Part shown: piece after piece, positions 19,303 to 29,676 of the stretch
Layout of the letters: each line of letters starts with the position of its first letter
Position numbering within the stretch: position 1 is the first letter of the stretch
Assembly (NCBI GenBank): GCA_963825765.1
Contig: CAWGUU010000018.1
Location: forward strand, 16,401 to 80,400
Source: an uncultured Acidimicrobiia bacterium
Lineage (GTDB): Bacteria; Actinomycetota; Acidimicrobiia; Acidimicrobiales; AC-14
Length of the DNA stretch: 64,000 nt
Direction of reading: 5' to 3'
Notes under the pieces: generated by a model
The model's input: only the letters and a program-made list of their open reading frames with translations
What the model was told of the DNA's origin: nothing
The model's database searches: none
Made by a program: the position numbers and the translations under genes

Positions 19303-20343
19303 TCACCCGGTTCGGCCAGACTCGCGGCGGCCGCGCCCGCCGATCTTGCGCCGGCCGGGCCCGCCGGAGTGGTGACGGGCCGGCGCCTCCGAGCCGCCGA
19401 CAGCTCGACCGGGCAACGTCACGACGGCCGAGGTGGGTCCCGGAAGCTCGTCGTCGGAGCGATGGCCCCGGCGTCGACGGGCGATGAGGAACGCGGCGAC
19501 GACCAGCAAACCGGCGCCGGCAGCCAGAACCGGTCCGTTGCCCAGGCCGTCGACCCAGCGGGTGACAGAGCCCGACCACCGCCCGACGGCGTCGACGGGA
19601 CCGCTCGGGACGCTGCGGCCCTGCGCGAGGCGGATGTCGTAGTACCCATAATATGCGACGTAGGCGCCGGCGATGGCGAGCAGGGCTCCAGCCGCCTTCT
19701 GCACATGGGGCAGCACCCGGCGAAGTCGTCTGACCAGAGCCCCCTGAGCCAGGGCGACGGCCACTGTGAGTGTGCCCAGCACCATGGCCATGCCGGCCGT
19801 GTAGGCCCCGAATGCGGCGAGCCCCGACGCGGCGTCGGCCTGCTCGAAGGTGGACGCGACCGCCACCAGAAACGCCGGTATCGTGCACGACAGCGACACC
19901 GTGGCATAGGAGGCGCCGAAGCCCGCCATGGCGGCGAGTCCCCGATCGTTGCCGGCAATGCCGAGGCGCCCGGACCGGGCCAGGCGGGGGAGGGCGATCT
20001 TGGGCTGCCAGCCGCGGGCCATGGCCACGCCCATCGGCACGAGGGCCAGCCCGATCGCGATCGAGAGCCAGGGCGTGAAGCGCTGCACCGTGATCGACAG
20101 CTGGGTGATGGCGAAACCGGCGATGCCGAACACGAAGGCGAAGCCAACCGAGACGGCCGCCGCCACCCGCAGCGCACTGGCCACCCTGACTGCCCCACCA
20201 CCGCCTGCGGCACCGCCGACGATGTCGTCGTCGTCGGTGCCGAGGAAATAGGACAGGTAGGCCGGGAGGAGCGCGAACCCGCACGGGTTGAAGGCGGCGA
20301 CGACGCCGGCTGCGAACGCGAAGCCGATCGGGGCGTCGAGCAC
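19303..20343 (-). CDS. ccdA: cytochrome c-type biogenesis protein CcdA (DsbD transmembrane domain)
   Basis: AAFNPCGFALLPAYLSYF motif with the conserved Cys; 6-TM profile. Confidence 0.85.
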   Translation of the reverse strand: MLDAPIGFAFAAGVVAAFNPCGFALLPAYLSYFLGTDDDDIVGGAAGGGGAVRVASALRVAAAVSVGFAFVFGIAGFAITQLSITVQRFTPWLSIAIGLALVPMGVAMARGWQPKIALPRLARSGRLGIAGNDRGLAAMAGFGASYATVSLSCTIPAFLVAVASTFEQADAASGLAAFGAYTAGMAMVLGTLTVAVALAQGALVRRLRRVLPHVQKAAGALLAIAGAYVAYYGYYDIRLAQGRSVPSGPVDAVGRWSGSVTRWVDGLGNGPVLAAGAGLLVVAAFLIARRRRGHRSDDELPGPTSAVVTLPGRAVGGSEAPARHHSGGPGRRKIGGRGRRESGRTG

Positions 20344-20352
20344 GCCGCGGGT

Positions 20353-20952
20353 TCAGGCCACGCCGGCGGCGGCGAGGATCTCGTCGGGCTGGAAGTCCCG
20401 GAACCAGGTGCCAGCGACCTGGCCGTCGGCTCCGAGCACGATGACGGCGGGCTGGTTCGTGATCCCGTAATGGACCCAGGACCGGCCGCTCGGGTCCCAC
20501 ACCATCGTCAGACCTGCAGTCCGGGTCTCGTTGAGGAAACCGTGGGCCTGGTCGAGGGAGTCCTGGGCCCCGAGGCCGAGGATGTCGAGATCGCCGCCGT
20601 GCTTCGCTGCGAACTCGAGCAGCTCCGGGGCCTCGGCCCGGCAGAACGTGCAATGCGGTGCCCAGAACCACAGCAGCGCCGGCCGGCCCGGGGTCGCCAA
20701 CGACCGCAGGCCGACCGTCGAACCAGAGGCGAGCAGGACCACATCGACCGACGGCACGTCGGGTGCCGACTGCGAGGTGGACGCCCCGGGCTCCGTGGGC
20801 GCGGCCGGGGCGGCCGGGGCCTTCGCACTGTTCGGGCCCGACCGTTTACCCGCTGACCCATTCCCGTTCCCGGCACCGCAGCCTGCGTGGGCAATCATGA
20901 CCACGAGCACGAGCGCGGCGGCCTTGCCGCCCCGGAGGATCCGATCAATCAT
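20353..20952 (-). CDS. TlpA/ResA-like thiol-disulfide oxidoreductase lipoprotein
   Basis: lipobox AHAGC, thioredoxin fold with WAPHCTFC CxxC; adjacent to ccdA. Confidence 0.8.
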   Translation of the reverse strand: MIDRILRGGKAAALVLVVMIAHAGCGAGNGNGSAGKRSGPNSAKAPAAPAAPTEPGASTSQSAPDVPSVDVVLLASGSTVGLRSLATPGRPALLWFWAPHCTFCRAEAPELLEFAAKHGGDLDILGLGAQDSLDQAHGFLNETRTAGLTMVWDPSGRSWVHYGITNQPAVIVLGADGQVAGTWFRDFQPDEILAAAGVA

Positions 20953-21432
20953 CGTCCCAACGTAGAACGGGACCGCAAGCCCCGGACGTCGCGCCTGCCT
21001 CGACTACGTGGGCGGCCCGTGAGCCGTTGCACGCCCCCGCGATCGCAGAGCGCGCCTGGAGTCCCCGAAGTTCTACGTCTATCGCCAGGAGGTATTGAGC
21101 TTCCTCGCCCAACGCCGACGCGGCGTAGGTCATCGCCGGGTCGGCCTCGGCGGCACCGCGCGTACGCCCCTCCGGTGGTCGGCGCCCCCCGCAGATCACA
21201 GATAACAGTCCGGTTACGAACTCCATCGGCGGCGGTGTTCGTTGTCGTGCGGGGTAGGAGTGCCCTTGGATCCCCACTGCTCCGTTCGGGTTACGGTGGT
21301 CGCCATCGAGCATCTGCCAACGGGCTTGTATCAATGAATTCCGCGCGCGGCGGCGCGGCCCGTCGCCGGCCCCGGCTCCGGCAGAACGACCGAGCGGTCG
21401 GCGCCTCCAGTGGGGTAAGCCAAAAATCGGGG

Positions 21433-22512
21433 TTGGCCCCCCGGCTGTGGCCGGTCGCCCTTTTCCTGACAGTCCTCCTCGCCTGCGGCGGGGGTGAACC
21501 CAGCGAGGTGGCGGGCCCGACCACCACCAACCTGCCGCCGGCCTCGACCACCACCCAGCCGGGGATGGGGCTGACCCAGGAGTGCGTCACCGAGGCGGCC
21601 GGGTACCGGGTCCGGTATCCAGCCACCTGGTTCTCCAACGATCCCAGCCAGTCCGCCGAGTGCCGGTTCTTCCACCCCGAGCCGTTCGACGTGCCCCCGA
21701 ACACCGAGGCGACCGGATTCGCCATCGCCCTCAACGTCGAGCCCACCCCCTTCGCCGAACTTGCGTTGGGGCCCGAAGGGTCCGTGGCCTCGGAGGTGCA
21801 GGCGAGAGCAGAGACCACGGTGGCCGGGAGGATGGCGGTGCGGGCCGAGATCACCTCGACGGGCGAGGGCTTGCTCCCGTCCGGGGCCAAAGGGGTCGTC
21901 TACTTCGTGGACTTCGGCGGGTCGACCTTCCTCGGTCGGACCTATGGGTCGCCGAGCGCAGGCACGCTTGCCTCCAACACCCAGGTGCTCGACCAGATGA
22001 TGGGCACGCTCGCTCGGATCGAACTACCTTCACCACAGTGCTCCGCCAGCGGTGAGTCGCCAGCCGAGCTGCTTCAGGATCGTCTTCCCGCCGCCGTGAC
22101 CACCACCCGGGGCGAGATCATCGAGGCTGCGGTGGCATGCGACTACGACGGCCTGGCGGAGATCGCCCTTCGGGGCGATGCTCTCTTCACGTACAGCTTC
22201 GGCGGCGGCGACGATCCGGCCGGGTCATGGAGACAGGACGAGGCCGCCGGTCGGCCGGTGCTCCGAACCCTCGTCCGATTGATGAACACACCGTTCGCAT
22301 CCCGTGAGGTCACTGACGGCACGCAGTATGTGTGGCCGTCGGCCTTCGGGTACGAGCGCTGGCAGGATGTCCCCGCGTCGGAGCGAGAGGTCCTACGGCC
22401 CATCTACGACGACGACGACTTCCAGGGCTTCGATGCCTTCGGGAGCTACGTCGGCTATCGCGTCGGCATCACCGACACCGGGGACTGGGTCTTTTTCGTC
22501 GGCGGCGACTGA
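21433..22512 (+). CDS. lipoprotein, function unknown
   Basis: TTG start gives ideal lipoprotein signal (M)APRLWPVALFLTVLLAC; alternative ATG at 21334; Thr/Pro-rich linker. Confidence 0.55.
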   Translation: MAPRLWPVALFLTVLLACGGGEPSEVAGPTTTNLPPASTTTQPGMGLTQECVTEAAGYRVRYPATWFSNDPSQSAECRFFHPEPFDVPPNTEATGFAIALNVEPTPFAELALGPEGSVASEVQARAETTVAGRMAVRAEITSTGEGLLPSGAKGVVYFVDFGGSTFLGRTYGSPSAGTLASNTQVLDQMMGTLARIELPSPQCSASGESPAELLQDRLPAAVTTTRGEIIEAAVACDYDGLAEIALRGDALFTYSFGGGDDPAGSWRQDEAAGRPVLRTLVRLMNTPFASREVTDGTQYVWPSAFGYERWQDVPASEREVLRPIYDDDDFQGFDAFGSYVGYRVGITDTGDWVFFVGGD

Positions 22513-22588
22513 CGCGGACGACCGTCCGTCGGCGAACTGACACGGCTCCGCAATCGGACTGACGCATAGTGAGCGGATACTGCGAGCC

Positions 22589-22912
22589 ATGCAAGATCAC
22601 GATCCCGTCAACGACCGTGCGCGCCTGCGGGTCGGCATGCAGGGCGATGCGATGGTCATCGCGGCCCAGGGTGTCCTCGACGAGGCCGCGGTGGGCACCA
22701 TCGGCTCCGCCGCCGCCTGCGCGCTCAACTGCCAGTGTCGCCGCGTGCGCGTGGATCTCGGCAACGTGACAGGCCACACGGAGGGTGGAGCGCGAGCGTT
22801 CGCCGATCTTCTGGCCCGCCTTCCCGCCAGCGCTGCGGGCCGAGTGACCTACCACGCCAACTCGGAGGCGGCCCAAAACGTCCTGGTCGCCGCCTACGCC
22901 CGACTCGGCTGA
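22589..22912 (+). CDS. STAS-domain protein (anti-sigma factor antagonist-like)
   Basis: ARLRVGMQGDAMVIAAQGVLDEAAVGTIGSAAA...RVRVDLGNVT pattern. Confidence 0.5.
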   Translation: MQDHDPVNDRARLRVGMQGDAMVIAAQGVLDEAAVGTIGSAAACALNCQCRRVRVDLGNVTGHTEGGARAFADLLARLPASAAGRVTYHANSEAAQNVLVAAYARLG

Positions 22913-22928
22913 GCCATCATGTCCCCTC

Positions 22929-23609
22929 ATGGGGGCCCACATCCTGCTGGTCGAGGACGACAGGCGCATCCGGACCTCGCTGCGACTGGTCCTCGAAGAC
23001 GAAGGCAACACGGTCGACGAAGCCGAAAGCGCCGAGGTTGCCCTCGAGATGCTCGGTCGTCGGGCGGTCGAGGTGGCGATCGTCGACCTCATGCTTCCGG
23101 GCATGGACGGCTTCGAGCTGTGCCGCCGGCTGCGGGCGTCCTTCGACATCCCGATCCTGATCCTCACCGCTCGCTCCGACAGCCACGACGTGGTGGCCGG
23201 CCTCGAGGCCGGCGCCGACGACTACATGGTGAAGCCGGCCGTGCCCAAGGAGTTGTCGGCACGGGTGCGGGCTTTGTTGCGGCGCTCGGCGCGTTCGGGC
23301 TCCGAACCGCAGCGCCTCGCCTTCGGCGATCTCGAGATCCAGCCCGACGCGGGGGTCGTGCGACGCGGCGGGGCGGAGGTCTCACTCACCAAGACCGAGT
23401 TCGGTCTCCTGTGTGAGCTGGCGCAGGCGCCAGGGCGGATCCTGACCAGGGAGATCCTGCTCGGGAAGGTCTGGGGCTACGACTACTTCGGAGACGGGCG
23501 GCTGGTCGACGTCCACATCCGGAGGCTCCGCACGAAGGTGGAGGCCGATCCCGCGCACCCCCGCCACATCGTGACGGTCCGGGGCCTGGGCTACAAGCTG
23601 GAGCCTTGA
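22929..23609 (+). CDS. mtrA: OmpR-family response regulator (MtrA-like)
   Basis: receiver (ILLVEDD...DLMLPGMDGFELCRRLR...ADDYMVKP) plus winged-helix (VRGLGYKLEP). Confidence 0.85.
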   Translation: MGAHILLVEDDRRIRTSLRLVLEDEGNTVDEAESAEVALEMLGRRAVEVAIVDLMLPGMDGFELCRRLRASFDIPILILTARSDSHDVVAGLEAGADDYMVKPAVPKELSARVRALLRRSARSGSEPQRLAFGDLEIQPDAGVVRRGGAEVSLTKTEFGLLCELAQAPGRILTREILLGKVWGYDYFGDGRLVDVHIRRLRTKVEADPAHPRHIVTVRGLGYKLEP

Positions 23610-25005
23610 CGGCACCGTCGAACGAAGGCCGCCAACCGGCCGTGACCGTCAGCCGGATCGGCCTGCGCACCCGGGTCACAGTGGCCTTCGCCCTGGGAGC
23701 GCTGTTCCTGTCGATCGGCCTCGCCGGCATCACCTACCAGCTCTCGCGCACCTACCTGCTTCGTCAGCGGGAGACTTCGGTGCTCCGCCAAACCTATGCC
23801 AATGCCCGGCTGGTCAAGAGCGCCCTCCGGTCGCCCGAGCCGGACATCCCCCGGCTGCTGGCGTCCGTCGAGCTGCCGGCCGGCTCCAACGCCATCCTGC
23901 TCCACGAGGGAGTCTGGTTCGGCGCGTCCGTCGCCATCGGGTCCGAGGCCATCCCGGCCGACCTGCGAACGACCGTGATCGCAGGGGAAGCGGCCCGCCA
24001 GAAGTTCACGCAGGACGCAGTGCCGCGGTTCGTCGTCGGGATCCCCCTGCCCGCGGTGGATGGCGCCTATTTCGAGGTGTTCGCCTTGTCCGACCTCGAC
24101 CGCACCCTGGCGGTGCTGCGCAACTCGATCGCGGTCGCCGCCGTCGCCACGGCCCTTGCGGGTGCGGCGGTGGGGCGGTGGGCGAGCCGGCGGGTGCTGG
24201 CGCCGGTGGCCGACGTCTCCGCGGCCGCCGCGGCCGTCGCCGCAGGCCGACTGGATGTCCGCCTCGACGAGCGGGGGACGCGGACCTGTCGAGCATGGCC
24301 GTCTCTTTCAACCGCATGACCGACGCCCTCCAGGCGCGGATCCAGCGAGAGGCCCGTTTCGCCTCCGACGTCAGCCATGAGCTCCGGTCGCCGCTGACGA
24401 CCCTCGCCGCCGCGCTGAAGGTGGTCACCACTCGGCGGGACGAGATGCCTGAACGAGCACGGCAGGGCCTCGACCTGCTGTCGGAGGAGGTGGGGCGGTT
24501 CGGCCAGCTCGTCGAAGACCTCCTCGAGATCTCGAGGATCGACGCCGGCGTGGCCGAGCTGGCCCTCGAAGAGGTGGTGCTGGCCGAGTTCGTGCTCCAC
24601 GCCCTGCGCGCCGGCGGAGCCGGGATCGTGCCCGTGGAGATCGAGGGACCGGCGAGCGGCGCCGTCGTACAGGCCGACAAGCGCCGTCTCGAGCGGGTCG
24701 TGGCCAACCTCGTCGACAACGCCCGACGGTACGGCAACGGTGTGACCCGGGTGAGCGTGGAGCTCGGGGGAGCGTGGGTGCGCCTGGCCGTGGAGGATGC
24801 GGGTCCTGGCGTCGCCGTCGACGAGCGGGGACGGATATTCGAGAGGTTTGCTCGCGGGGCGGCGGGACGGCGCGCGGAGAGCGACGGGACGGGGCTCGGG
24901 CTCGCTCTCGTCCACGAGCACGTCCGGCTCCACGGCGGCCGGGTCCGGGTCGAGGAGCGAGCCGGGGGCGGCGCCCGCTTCGTCGTCGAGCTCCCGGCCG
25001 TCTGA
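23606..25005 (+). pseudogene. mtrB: sensor histidine kinase (MtrB-like) interrupted by -1 frameshift in G5 run at 24273..24277 (possibly a sequencing error)
   Basis: N-terminal TM/sensor part ends ...RLDVRLDERG in one frame; HAMP/HisKA/HATPase (SFNRMTDAL..SHELRSPL..GTGLGLALV) continue in next frame; overlaps mtrA stop. Confidence 0.75.
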
Positions 25006-25586
25006 TGCGTCGAACCCGACTGGTGCCGTGGCTCGTCTCCGGGGTGGCCCTCGTCCTCGTCGGCTGTGGTGTCCCCTCCGATTCAGCGCCGCGGACGATC
25101 CCTCCCGAGAACGTGCCCTTCGGGCTGCTCGACCTCGACACGACCGTCCCGTCGACCTCCGTTCCCGATGTCTCCCTGACGCTCGAGGTCTATCTCGTCT
25201 CGGGTAGCCGACTGGCGGTGGTCGGTCGCGTCTTGTCGTCGCCCGTCACTCCGAGCGGGTCGCTCCAGGCGCTGCTCCTGGGCCCGACCGCCGACGAGGC
25301 CGGTCGTGGCCTACGCACCGCTATAGGAACCGACTCCGGGCTGTCGGTCTCGTCTGTCGATGCGGGCCAGGTGCGGGTCGAGTTGGGTGAGTCGTTCGGC
25401 GCCACGAGCGCGTCCGACCAGATCCTGGCGATCGCCCAGATCGTGTACACCGTCACCGCCCTCCCGGGCGTCGAGAAGGCGACCTTCACCCTTGCCGGGC
25501 GGGCGGTCGACGTCCCGACGGGCGACGGCACGCTGACATCCGGCCCCCTCGGCCGCCAGGACTTCCCGGGCCTCGCCCCGGCGTGA
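25005..25586 (+). CDS. GerMN-domain lipoprotein (short LpqB-like)
   Basis: ATG overlaps mtrB stop (TGATG); lipobox LVGCG; downstream of MtrAB as lpqB is in actinobacteria but only about 193 aa. Confidence 0.6.
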   Translation: MRRTRLVPWLVSGVALVLVGCGVPSDSAPRTIPPENVPFGLLDLDTTVPSTSVPDVSLTLEVYLVSGSRLAVVGRVLSSPVTPSGSLQALLLGPTADEAGRGLRTAIGTDSGLSVSSVDAGQVRVELGESFGATSASDQILAIAQIVYTVTALPGVEKATFTLAGRAVDVPTGDGTLTSGPLGRQDFPGLAPA

Positions 25587-25692
25587 TCGTCACCGGATCG
25601 ACACATGTTGGGCCGACCACCTTCACCTGGGACCGTCATTCTGATGCCATGACGAACTCTGGCAGACGATCCACCAGGCTGACGAGCACGAC

Positions 25693-26043
25693 ATGCACGT
25701 CGTGATCGACTCGACCGAGGCGTCCCGGACCGTGTGTCGCCTCTCCGGGGCGCTGGATTCGGAGCATGCGGCCCAGCTCGGCGCGACACTGGCTGCCTGC
25801 GACGAGGCTGCGGACCTCGCCGTCGATCTTTCGGACGTCTCGTTCATGGATTCCGCGGGACTGAGGGTCCTGGTCGGTGGGGTGCGACGGGTCCACTACG
25901 GAGGTGGGGCCGTCGTCGTCTGCGGAGCCCGTCCCAACATCCGACGACTGCTCGAGCTGACCGGGTTCGACCGGGTCGCTCCCCTGGAGGCCGAACCCGT
26001 CACCCCGGGGCCGCTGCGGACGGTGACCGTCGCGGCCGTATGA
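25693..26043 (+). CDS. STAS-domain anti-sigma factor antagonist
   Basis: VDLSDVSFMDSAGLRVLVG...RRLLELTGFDRV SpoIIAA-like. Confidence 0.7.
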   Translation: MHVVIDSTEASRTVCRLSGALDSEHAAQLGATLAACDEAADLAVDLSDVSFMDSAGLRVLVGGVRRVHYGGGAVVVCGARPNIRRLLELTGFDRVAPLEAEPVTPGPLRTVTVAAV

Positions 26044-26119
26044 GGCATCTCAACTCATTCGGTCACGCAGCTATGGACCCGGAAACCTAGCCCGAGGGGT
26101 GAGCGCGTAGCATCGGTCA

Positions 26120-27373
26120 GTGGGGTCACGCCGGGCATCGTCGCAAGCCGGGTGGCGGGCTCAGGCCGGAGACCGGCGCCGGACGCCGAAACCCTTCCGC
26201 CGGCTGGCCGAGGTGCAGGTCCTTCACGCCGCGGGCGATGGCATGGTGGCCGTTGCCCTCGCCAACACCCTCTTCTTCGCCGTCCCCATCGGGGAGGCGC
26301 GCGACAAGGTCGGCCTGTACCTGGCGCTCACCATGGCGCCCTTCGCCGTGCTGTCCCCGCTCGTCGGACCCTGGCTCGACCGACGCTCGGGCACCTACAG
26401 GCTCGCGATCATCATCGGCGCGGGAGGCCGGGCCGTGCTCGCTCTCCTGCTCGCTACGCGCACCGACCGTGTCGCCCTCTACCCCTTGGCCTTCGGGCTC
26501 CTCGTCCTGTCCAGGATCCACGGCATCAGCCGCAGCGCGCTCATGCCCGACGTGCTTCCCCCGGACCGGTCGCCCATGTGGGGAAACGCCAGACTGGCGG
26601 TGCTCTCCGTAGTGGGTGGAGCTCTCGGGGCCGGGCTGGCGGCAGTGGCCAACCTGGTCAGCGGGCCCGGGCTGGCTTTGGGAGTCGCCGCCGTCGTGTT
26701 CTCCGCCGCGGTCGTGCCCGGGGCGCGCCTGCCCCACAGTCGTACCAGGGGCACGGAGCCCGCCGCCGCCGGCGACTACCGGGCCCTTCTCAGCTCGCGC
26801 CTGCTGGCCGGAGGGGTGGCGATGGGTGCGAGCAGGGCGGCGGTGGGCTTCCTCATGTTCCTCCTGGCGTTCCTGCTCCGGGCCGAGGGCGAGCAGGGCC
26901 GGGGTTTTGCCGTCGTCATCGCCGCCGCCGGCATCGGTGGCTTCGCGGGTGCGGTGCTGGGGCCCGTCCTGCGCGCCGTCATTTCGGAGACGCTGCTCCT
27001 CCAGCTCAGCCTGGGAGCGACGGTGGTGGCGGCGCTGTGGGCCGCGGGATCGTTCGACGTGCCTCGGGCGGCAGTGCTGGCGGGCGTCGTCGGACTGGCG
27101 ACAGCGAGCGGTCGACTGGCGTTCGACAGCCTTCTCCAGGGGGACGCACCTTCGACCGTCCGGGGCCGCACCTTCGCCCGCTACGAGACGATCTTCCAGC
27201 TCTGCTGGGTCGGCGGCGCCGGCCTCGCCACCGCCGTGCCGTTCCGGGCCGCCGCCGGCATGTGCAGCCTGGCGCTCATCGCGTCAGGCGGGATGGCGCT
27301 CTCCATTCTCGGGCTGATCCGACGCCGTCCGACAGGCCGACGGACCACGGGCGCGCCCGGCAGGGCGGGCTGA
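26120..27373 (+). CDS. MFS transporter
   Basis: 12-TM-like hydrophobic profile, MFS-like loops; start uncertain. Confidence 0.55.
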   Translation: MGSRRASSQAGWRAQAGDRRRTPKPFRRLAEVQVLHAAGDGMVAVALANTLFFAVPIGEARDKVGLYLALTMAPFAVLSPLVGPWLDRRSGTYRLAIIIGAGGRAVLALLLATRTDRVALYPLAFGLLVLSRIHGISRSALMPDVLPPDRSPMWGNARLAVLSVVGGALGAGLAAVANLVSGPGLALGVAAVVFSAAVVPGARLPHSRTRGTEPAAAGDYRALLSSRLLAGGVAMGASRAAVGFLMFLLAFLLRAEGEQGRGFAVVIAAAGIGGFAGAVLGPVLRAVISETLLLQLSLGATVVAALWAAGSFDVPRAAVLAGVVGLATASGRLAFDSLLQGDAPSTVRGRTFARYETIFQLCWVGGAGLATAVPFRAAAGMCSLALIASGGMALSILGLIRRRPTGRRTTGAPGRAG

Positions 27374-27377
27374 GGGC

Positions 27378-28766
27378 TCAGCTGGCCTGGGCCGCCGCCT
27401 CAGACTTCTCCTCATGTGGCCTGGAGGCCCGCAACAGCAAGATGGCGCCGAGGATCGCCGCCATCGTGGAGGCGCCCAGCACTCCCAGCTTGGCCGCGTC
27501 CTGAATGGCACCCGGCTCGTAGGCCAGCTCCGCGATGAACAGCGAGACGGTGAAGCCGATGCCACCGATGGCGGCGATTCCCACGACCATGGGCCAGGTT
27601 GATCCCTCGGGCAGACGACCGAGACCGGTGCGGACGGCCAACCACGTGAAAACGGTGATCCCGACGAGCTTGCCGACGACGAGGCCGAGCACCACGCCTG
27701 CGGTGACCCCCAGGGTGGCGGGGGCGTCGAAGGAGTCGGCCTTGATGACGACGCCGGCGTTGGCCAGGGCGAAGACGGGCACGACCACGAAGCTGGTCCA
27801 CGGGTGCAGCCGGTGCTCGAGGCGCTCGGCGGGAGAAACCGAGGTCTGCGCCAATCGGCTCATGGCGTCGAGCTCGGCCGGGTCGGGGTCGTCGCTCAGG
27901 TCCGAGGCCCACTCCCGGGTCAGAGCGGCCGGAGTCAGCGGCTGGGCCGGAGCGAGAAGGCCGAGCGCGACCCCGGCGATGGTGGCGTGCACCCCCGACG
28001 CCTGGGTAGCGAGCCAGACGCCGACGCCCAGCACGACATAGGGCGCCATCCAAACGACGCCTGCCCGCCGCAGGACCAGCATCATCACGACGATCCCAGC
28101 CGCGGTGGCAAGGAAAACGGGCTGCACGTCCGTGGCGTAGAAGACGGCGATCACCACGATTGCGCCGATGTCGTCGACGATGGCGAAGGTCAACAGGAAC
28201 AGCTTGAGCGACGCCGGCACCCTCGACCCCAGCAGGGCGACGACGCCGACGGCGAAGGCGATGTCGGTGGCCATCGGGACGCCCCATCCCCTCGCCCCCG
28301 CTCCCCCGATGGTCACCAGGAGGAACAGGAGCGCGGGCACGGCCATGCCACCGAGGGCGGCAATGGCGGGCATGGCCGCGACCCGGGGCTGGCGGAGGTC
28401 GCCGTGCACGAGCTCGCGCTTGATCTCGAGGCCCACCACGAAGAAGAACAGGGCCATGAGCCCGTCGTTGACCCAGTGCCGGAGGTCCTCGCTGAGCACG
28501 AACCGGCCCAGCCCGACCGACAGGTCGGTGTGCCACAGCGCCTCGTAGGAAGCGCTCCATGGCGAGTTGGCCCACAGCAGCGCCACCACCGCGGCGACGA
28601 GCAGCACGATCCCACCCGCCGCCTCGGTCTCGAGGAAACGTCGCACGGGCTTCGGCACTCGGCGCCCAGGCAGGGCGGCGGCGGCGCCTGTCAGATTCGC
28701 GCGGTCCTGTCCTTCACTGTCCCTGGTGCCCACGATTGCTGCTCCCTTGGTCGCGCGACGGCCCAT
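27378..28766 (-). CDS. nhaA: Na+/H+ antiporter NhaA
   Basis: WANSPW...FFFVVGLEIKRE...LTFAIVDDIGAIVVIAVFYA NhaA hallmarks; start at internal ATG (MGRRATKGAA...). Confidence 0.85.
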   Translation of the reverse strand: MGRRATKGAAIVGTRDSEGQDRANLTGAAAALPGRRVPKPVRRFLETEAAGGIVLLVAAVVALLWANSPWSASYEALWHTDLSVGLGRFVLSEDLRHWVNDGLMALFFFVVGLEIKRELVHGDLRQPRVAAMPAIAALGGMAVPALLFLLVTIGGAGARGWGVPMATDIAFAVGVVALLGSRVPASLKLFLLTFAIVDDIGAIVVIAVFYATDVQPVFLATAAGIVVMMLVLRRAGVVWMAPYVVLGVGVWLATQASGVHATIAGVALGLLAPAQPLTPAALTREWASDLSDDPDPAELDAMSRLAQTSVSPAERLEHRLHPWTSFVVVPVFALANAGVVIKADSFDAPATLGVTAGVVLGLVVGKLVGITVFTWLAVRTGLGRLPEGSTWPMVVGIAAIGGIGFTVSLFIAELAYEPGAIQDAAKLGVLGASTMAAILGAILLLRASRPHEEKSEAAAQAS

Positions 28767-28918
28767 CGCCGACCAGGCTTCCCGGCACACCCCCCACCGG
28801 AGTGGGCATGACCATCTTGACCCATCGGCGGGGCGGGACCCGACACGTCCAGTCGCACCCGCGGCGACCCTCGCCTGCCGAGGCCGCCCTCCGAAGACAG
28901 CGGTTGCTTGGACCCCCA

Positions 28919-29271
28919 TTAGGCGTCGCCACTCGCGGCCAGGTCGGGCTCATTGACTTTGGTCGCCTCGTAGGCGGCGTTGAGCGAGCTCACGACCGGG
29001 ACGACCCGGTCGAAGCCTGTGACCGACAGGAGGCGCCCGACGGCGCTACCGGAGCCGACACAGAGAGCCACCCTGCCCCTGTGATCCGAGCTTGGCGGAT
29101 ACCGAAGATGACAGCGCCCAGCCCCGCTGAGTCCATGAACGGCACTGCCCGGAAGTCGATGAGGACCGTTCCGAGCGTGGCGGCGATACGCAGACGCTCT
29201 CGGAGCTCACTCGCGTTCGACAAATCGACCTCTCCATGCACCTGGACTGTGACGCCACCGCGGCCGGCCAT
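28919..29271 (-). CDS. STAS-domain anti-sigma factor antagonist, frameshifted in a C4/G4 run near 29066..29069
   Basis: GAGGA RBS + ATG 29271; ...FMDSAGLGAVIFGIRQAR then alternative frame gives canonical STAS end ...GRVALCVGSGSAVGRLLSVTGFDRVV... Confidence 0.6.
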
Positions 29272-29676
29272 GGTGTGTTCCTCGAGTTTGCAGCGACATC
29301 GACGACTCCTTCTGGTCGGCCGCGGATGCGCCCGGTGGCGACATCGACATCGCCGGAGACGGACGCCCAGGCGCCGCCTCGTAGCGCCGTCGGCCAACTG
29401 GCGATGGGGCTTTCCGTTCGCGTGGCCCGTTGTCTTTGATTGGCGGCCTCGCAGGCATCCTGCGGTTCCGACCTGACGATCCTGCTTCGGCCACCTTGCG
29501 ATCCCGTGACATTCGATAGATCACGTCATTGACCAGGCTCTCCCGTGGGAAGCTCGGGCAGAGGCCGACGATTCGTTTCGCGACTCTCACGTACCCGACG
29601 AGCGGGAGTCCGTCCCGGAGAGCGTTGGTGCGACCCCCGGTATCCCAAGGGTCGTGCCGGGGCCAGGAATCGTGGC

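Noticed and set aside
19244-20856. 475-aa reverse and 523-aa forward ORFs over ccdA/tlpA
   Set aside because: Alternative frames of ccdA/tlpA region, Arg/Pro-rich.
20945-21334. 129-aa reverse ORF in the tlpA/lipoprotein intergenic region
   Set aside because: No RBS or homology. Region more likely divergent promoters.
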